From an uncultured Acidobacteriota bacterium (lineage in GTDB: Bacteria > Acidobacteriota > UBA6911 > RPQK01 > JAPXNP01): 64,000 nucleotides of DNA. Each line of letters begins with the position of its first letter. Within the stretch, counting starts at the first letter, position 1. A program made the position numbers and the translations under genes. The notes beneath the pieces are model-generated. The model did no database searches and was not told the origin of the DNA. It saw only the letters and a list, made by a program, of their open reading frames with translations. Shown here piece by piece: positions 59,381 to 64,000 of this stretch. The DNA lies in the NCBI GenBank assembly GCA_963777605.1, contig CAVZRV010000015.1:64001-128000 (forward strand), given 5' to 3'.

Positions 59381-61270
59381 ACGATGAACTGGCGGAGCCA
59401 CAGTTCCAGGGAGAGGCATCGCCAGAGCGCGTCCAGCGTCCCCGACCTGACCGGTAAGAAGTCCGATCCGAGGCGCTTGAGCAGGCTACGAAGAGCGTTG
59501 CGGCGAACGATTCCCGAAGTCACGGCCTCGCCCGTCAACAGCAACCGACTGATTTCTCCCAGCGATTCGGGAGCGGTCAGGAAAGCGGCGAACGGAGTCG
59601 GCATTCCCTTCTTGTCCCGCCGCTCGATTACCGCGGGTGGAAGGTCCTGACTCATCGCCTGGCGAAGGATTCGCTTTGACCATCCCTCGGAAATCTTCCG
59701 ATCAAAATCGAGAGAGAAACAGAACTCGACCAGCCGATGGTCGAGCAGGGGCGGCCGGCATTCCAGGGAAAAGGCCATCCCCAGGGCATCCTGCTGGTGA
59801 AGCAGTTCGGGCAGTCCGGAGTGTCGGAAATCGATCCAGAGGGCATTGTTCAGGTGGCTTTCGAAGGGGCGCTCCACGTCCCGCCGAAGCCAGGTGTGCT
59901 GAAACTTGTGCGCTTCGACGTCGCGTTGACCCGCCGCGAAGTGCGGATCGACCAGGCCGCTTCGCCCGTGCCGGGGGTGGAGTCGAACGCGACGCACGAT
60001 TGGATCGGTGAGGCCCAGGAGCGTCTGAGGAAGCGATTGGCCGATTCCGAGGAGCTTTCGCACATCTCTGATTTCCTCCGGATTAGCCCAGTTCAACCAG
60101 CCTCTCTGTTTCCAGCGATCGACGAGCCAGGGCAGAACGAATCGGCTGTAGCCGCCCAGGAGTTCGTCGCCACCCTCCCCGGTCAACACCACCTTAACCC
60201 ATTGCCGGGCTTCCGCCATCAACGCCCAAAACGCGGTCCGTCCCCGAATCGGGACCGGGGCGTCATGGTGCCAGACAATTCGTCCGAGATCGCCCAGGAA
60301 ATCCTCCCGGCGGGGAGTCACCCAGTGAACCCGATAGTGCTCCGGATCATCGGCGACCAGGCGAACAAAGGCACTCTCATCGATCTTCGGAAAGTCGTCG
60401 TATCGCAGTGAAAAACAGTGCAGCGGTCCGCTCCCGCGCCGGACTGCGATGCGGGTAACCGAACTGGAATCGAGACCACCACTCAGGCAGACGCCAACCG
60501 GCACGTCACTTCGCATTCGAAGGCGGACGGAATCCTCCAACAGGAACCGCAACTGATCTGCCGCCTCGTTGCCGTCAACTCCCCGACCCGGATCGATTCT
60601 CCAGTACGGGACCGGCTCGGCCATTCCGGAAGCGGTAACGACCATGAACGTTGCCGGCGGCAGGCTGCGAATGTTCCTGAAGAAGGTTTTGCCATCGCCG
60701 TCGGGATTTCCTCCGGCCAGGTGGCTGAACACCTCTGATTCGCACATCACCGCTTCTTCCGGGAAATTCACGAGAATCGCCTTCACCTCGGAAGCGAAGG
60801 TGAAGCGGGCTACCCGCGAAAGAGTAAAAGAGGGGCTTGATTCCGAACCGGTCGCGGCTGAGAACGAGTTCGCGGAGGAAATCGTCCCAAATGGCTACCG
60901 CCCACATGCCGTTGAATCGAGCAAAACAAGATGTTCCCCACCGCCGATACGCCGTGAGGAGGACCTCGGAATCCGACTCCGTCGCGAAGGTTTCCCCGAG
61001 CTGCTTCAGCTCACTCCTCAGTTCCAGGTAGTTGTGGATCTCTCCGTTGAAAAGGAGCCGGTACCTGCCGTCCGGACTCGGCATGGGCTGGGACGCCCGG
61101 GGGCTCAGATCAACAATCGCAAGTCTCCGGTGTGCGAACCCGATGCAACTGTCCAGCCAGATCGACTCCCCGTCCGGCCCGCGATGAGCGAGGATTTCGT
61201 TGGCCCGCTGAAGCTGCCTTCGCTGGACCGGGCGGCCGTCGAGGAACCAGATCCCGGAAATTCCACACAT
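59311..61270 (-). CDS. asnB: Glutamine-hydrolysing asparagine synthase-like amidotransferase, split by a +1 frameshift at ~60807-60809
   Basis: MCGI, HRGPD, HRRLAIVD, FNGEIHN and RDRFGIKPLFY, then SDVPVG-LSGGLDSS, TGEGGDEL and KKG. Removing one base of the GGG run restores GSRFTFASEVKAIL. Confidence 0.88.
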
Positions 61271-61337
61271 TTGGAATGGAGTCTCCTTTGCGACGGATTC
61301 TAGAGGCTGGGATGAGGCTCGGTCAACCCAACCCAAT

Positions 61338-63011
61338 TCAATCGGCCGGCGTGTGAATCGTCAGGCCTTCAAGGTGCCGATCACGCACCGCCGCACTAGC
61401 CCACTCCCCGGGAACAAGGAGACTCGTCCCGTAACCGGCGAACACGCAAGTCAAGAGGCTCACCGGGGCGTAAACGAATCCGGTGGCCGGATGGATCAGA
61501 TAGATCACCAGGGCGGCGGCGAACCCCGACAATGCGCCGACCAGGGCGCCTGCCGCAGTCGTACGAACGGTAAAGATTCCCAGCACGAACAGTCCGGCAA
61601 TTGCTCCACCGAACAGCCCCAGGACATTAATGAACGTCTCCCAGAGGGACTCGATATTGAACAGGGTCAACGAGAGGGCGACGGCGGTGCCGACCAGGCC
61701 GACCAGCACGATCACCGCCTGGCCGATCCTCATCTCCCTTTGGTCAGTGGCTGAGGGCCGGAACAGTCGATGGAAGTCCACCACATAGCACGCGGCGATG
61801 CTGTTCAGTGAACTGGACAGTGTCGATTGTGCCGCCCCAAAGACGCCGGCGACCACGAGCCCGGCCACTCCCGACGGCATCTCGTGAAAGACAAAGAAAG
61901 GTAGGATGGCGTCGTTGGGAACCCCCGGATCGAGTTTCTCCGGGTGGACCGAGTAGAACACCCAGAGAGCGGTCCCGATCAGGAAGAATAGTCCGCTGGC
62001 GAGTGGTGAGAGAATGGCGTTGCCCCAGATGGCCCGGGCGGCGGATCGCTCGTCCCGGGTGGTCACATATCGCTGGACGACATCCTGGCTGGCGGTGTAG
62101 GGGAAGAGATTCGCGGCGATGCCGCCAAAGACGATGACCCAACCCGTGGTCGCAGCGACGTCCCAACTCCAGTCCCAACGAACGTCGCCGAAGAAACGAC
62201 CTGAACTGCTCGCCGTTCGAAAGATCTCGCTCCAGCCCCCATCGAGGCTGGAGACAATCAGGCCCAGGGCAAAAAGTCCGCTGCCAAGCAGGACGACGGC
62301 CTGGCAGACATCGGTCCAGATCACCGCCTGGATTCCGCCCAGAACTGTGTACACGATGCAGAGGATTCCCATCAACACGATACAGACGCGGATGTCGAAG
62401 CGGCTGACGGTAGACAGGGCCAGGGCGGGAAGGAAAAGCACAACGGCGATCCTGCCCGCCTGGAAAAGCATGAACAGGAGGCTGGCGAAAAGCCGGGTGG
62501 CACGACTGAAACGTCTCTCCAGGTACTCATAGGCGCTGGTCACGTCCAACTGCCGGTAGAAGGGAAGATAGATCCAGACAACGATTGGAGTAACCAGGAA
62601 GAAGGCGTTCTGGAGGAAGAATCCCCATCCGTTGGCGTAGGACTGGGCCGGAATCCCCATGAAAGTGATCGAACTCAACATGGTGGCGAAGATGCTCAGC
62701 CCGGCAGCCCACCAGGGAACCCGCTGTCCGCCACGAAAGAAATCGTCGGTTGAGCGGTTCTGAAACGACCAGTAGACCCCGATCCCCACCATCAGGGTCA
62801 GATAGACCCCCAGGGTCGTGAAGTTCACCCAGCCGAATCCCACCCGGGAGCCCGATTCGTACGGGCTCAGCCCCGCAACCTGAGGCGGTGGTGAAACAAC
62901 GCTGGAGAAAGCTGCGTTCGGATAAGTGAAAACCTCTGCCAGGACGGAATGCCCGTTTGACGCCAGGACCGGGGGTGAGGCCACCAGACAAACGATTGCG
63001 AGCGGCAACAT
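61338..63011 (-). CDS. Sodium:solute symporter, sialic-acid transporter (SiaT)-like
   Basis: WAAGLSIFATMLSSITFMGIP, SAYEYLERRF, GGIQAVIWTD, QDVVQRY and AAQSTLSSSLNS motifs; divergent from a NanA-like gene. Confidence 0.88.
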   Translation of the reverse strand: MLPLAIVCLVASPPVLASNGHSVLAEVFTYPNAAFSSVVSPPPQVAGLSPYESGSRVGFGWVNFTTLGVYLTLMVGIGVYWSFQNRSTDDFFRGGQRVPWWAAGLSIFATMLSSITFMGIPAQSYANGWGFFLQNAFFLVTPIVVWIYLPFYRQLDVTSAYEYLERRFSRATRLFASLLFMLFQAGRIAVVLFLPALALSTVSRFDIRVCIVLMGILCIVYTVLGGIQAVIWTDVCQAVVLLGSGLFALGLIVSSLDGGWSEIFRTASSSGRFFGDVRWDWSWDVAATTGWVIVFGGIAANLFPYTASQDVVQRYVTTRDERSAARAIWGNAILSPLASGLFFLIGTALWVFYSVHPEKLDPGVPNDAILPFFVFHEMPSGVAGLVVAGVFGAAQSTLSSSLNSIAACYVVDFHRLFRPSATDQREMRIGQAVIVLVGLVGTAVALSLTLFNIESLWETFINVLGLFGGAIAGLFVLGIFTVRTTAAGALVGALSGFAAALVIYLIHPATGFVYAPVSLLTCVFAGYGTSLLVPGEWASAAVRDRHLEGLTIHTPAD

Positions 63012-63071
63012 TTTGATCGGCCGGGAGAATCTCTTCACTGGGTAAACCAATGCGGCCCCGAAAGGCCGGAA

Positions 63072-63099
63072 TTGACGTTGGAAAGCGACATGATATAAC
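63072..63099 (+). promoter_or_regulatory. sigma70-like promoter TTGACG-N16-TATAAC (extended -10 TG) for the NanA-like gene
   Basis: Read directly from the sequence; the -10 ends 17 nt before the ATG at 63117. Confidence 0.45.
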
Positions 63100-63116
63100 A
63101 CCTGTTGCACATCGAC

Positions 63117-64000
63117 ATGGAACACTACAGAGGCATCATCCCGGCAGCTTACACTCCCTTCAGTCCGAATGGGGACCTCAACCTTGACCCAATCCCGGCA
63201 ATGGCGGATCTCTTTCGCTCACAGCAGTTGCCGGCCGTGTTCATCTGTGGCTCAACGGGTGAGTCGGTTTCCCTGACCTTCACCGAGCGGAAACTGCTCG
63301 CGGAGTCCTGGAGCAGGGAAAGGAGGGGGCTGGACGTGATCGTTCACGTCGGGTGCAACAGCCAGCTCGAGGCCGTCGCACTGGCCGAACACGCCGGGGT
63401 AGAAGGTGCCGACGCTATCGCATGTTTTGCGCCGAGCTACTACGTCCCGGAAACCATCGAGGACCTCGTGACCTGGCTGGAACCGGTCGCTTCGGCGGCT
63501 TCCGAACTCCCGTTCTATTTCTACGACATCCCCGAAATGACCGGTGTTCGCTTCCCGATGGACGAGTTCATGCAACGGGCAGCCGAACGGATCCCGAGCT
63601 TCGCCGGCCTCAAGTTCACCAGCACCGACCTGATGCGGCTGCAGAACTGCCTCGACTTTGACAACGGCCGCTACAACGTCCTGTTCGGGACCGACGAGGT
63701 GCTTCTCGCGGCCCTGGCCCTGGGAGTGACGGGAGGCGTGGGAAGTACATACAACTACGCGGCCCCACTCTATCTACGGCTGCTCGAAGCCTTTGAGCGC
63801 GGAGACCTCAAGGCGGCCCGTCGCGAGCAGCGCAAGAGCGTTGAACTGGTGAAAGCTATCGTGGACCGTGGCGTTTTGCGTGCCGGGAAGGCCATCATGA
63901 CGTTGCTCGGCATCGACTGCGGTCCTGTTCGCCCGCCGGTTCAGACGGTTGACGCCGAGGAACTGACAGAGATCTACCGGGCAGTCTCGCACCTGGACGT
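63117..64000 (+). CDS. nanA: DHDPS-family class I aldolase, N-acetylneuraminate lyase-like; runs off the window end and is absent from the ORF track
   Basis: My translation: MEHYRGIIPAAYTPF...FICGSTGESVSL...VIVHVG...FYFYDIP...GLKFT (Schiff-base Lys)...FGTDE...GVGSTYN. Confidence 0.85.
   Translation, partial: MEHYRGIIPAAYTPFSPNGDLNLDPIPAMADLFRSQQLPAVFICGSTGESVSLTFTERKLLAESWSRERRGLDVIVHVGCNSQLEAVALAEHAGVEGADAIACFAPSYYVPETIEDLVTWLEPVASAASELPFYFYDIPEMTGVRFPMDEFMQRAAERIPSFAGLKFTSTDLMRLQNCLDFDNGRYNVLFGTDEVLLAALALGVTGGVGSTYNYAAPLYLRLLEAFERGDLKAARREQRKSVELVKAIVDRGVLRAGKAIMTLLGIDCGPVRPPVQTVDAEELTEIYRAVSHLD

Noticed and set aside
1-64000. CRISPR arrays, tRNA/rRNA, prophage, integrase or defence systems
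   Set aside because: No regularly spaced direct repeats, cloverleaf or rRNA signatures, or recognisable phage, recombinase or defence ORFs were seen by eye.

Overview
High-GC (roughly 60%) bacterial chromosomal segment with about 40 protein-coding genes. No rRNA, tRNA, CRISPR array or intact transposase was recognised. The gene content suggests an Acidobacteriota-like heterotroph (inference): Tat-exported Gfo/Idh/MocA oxidoreductases, DUF1080, secreted M28/M14/M3/EcxA-type peptidases, GH3 and GH106-like hydrolases, a sulfatase and SSS/APC/AGCS transporters. Main highlights: (1) a PlsR/PlsA(Ger)-like reductase/activase pair lies one gene away from a B12-radical SAM/DUF4070 gene, a candidate ether or membrane-spanning lipid locus. 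(2) A near-consensus sigma70 promoter fires into a structured 430-bp gap between convergent genes, a candidate sRNA. (3) Several 'telescoped' gene relics join distant parts of one protein directly: a membrane Ser/Thr kinase, a Spy/CpxP protein, and possibly SYLF and NanM-SSS proteins. (4) A PIG-L deacetylase appears fused to a PLP decarboxylase. (5) Two copies of a ~31-33 bp mini inverted repeat resembling IS630 ends, plus REP-like clusters. Single-base frameshifts near both window ends look like long-read indel errors. All family calls come from motif recognition by eye, with no database search.
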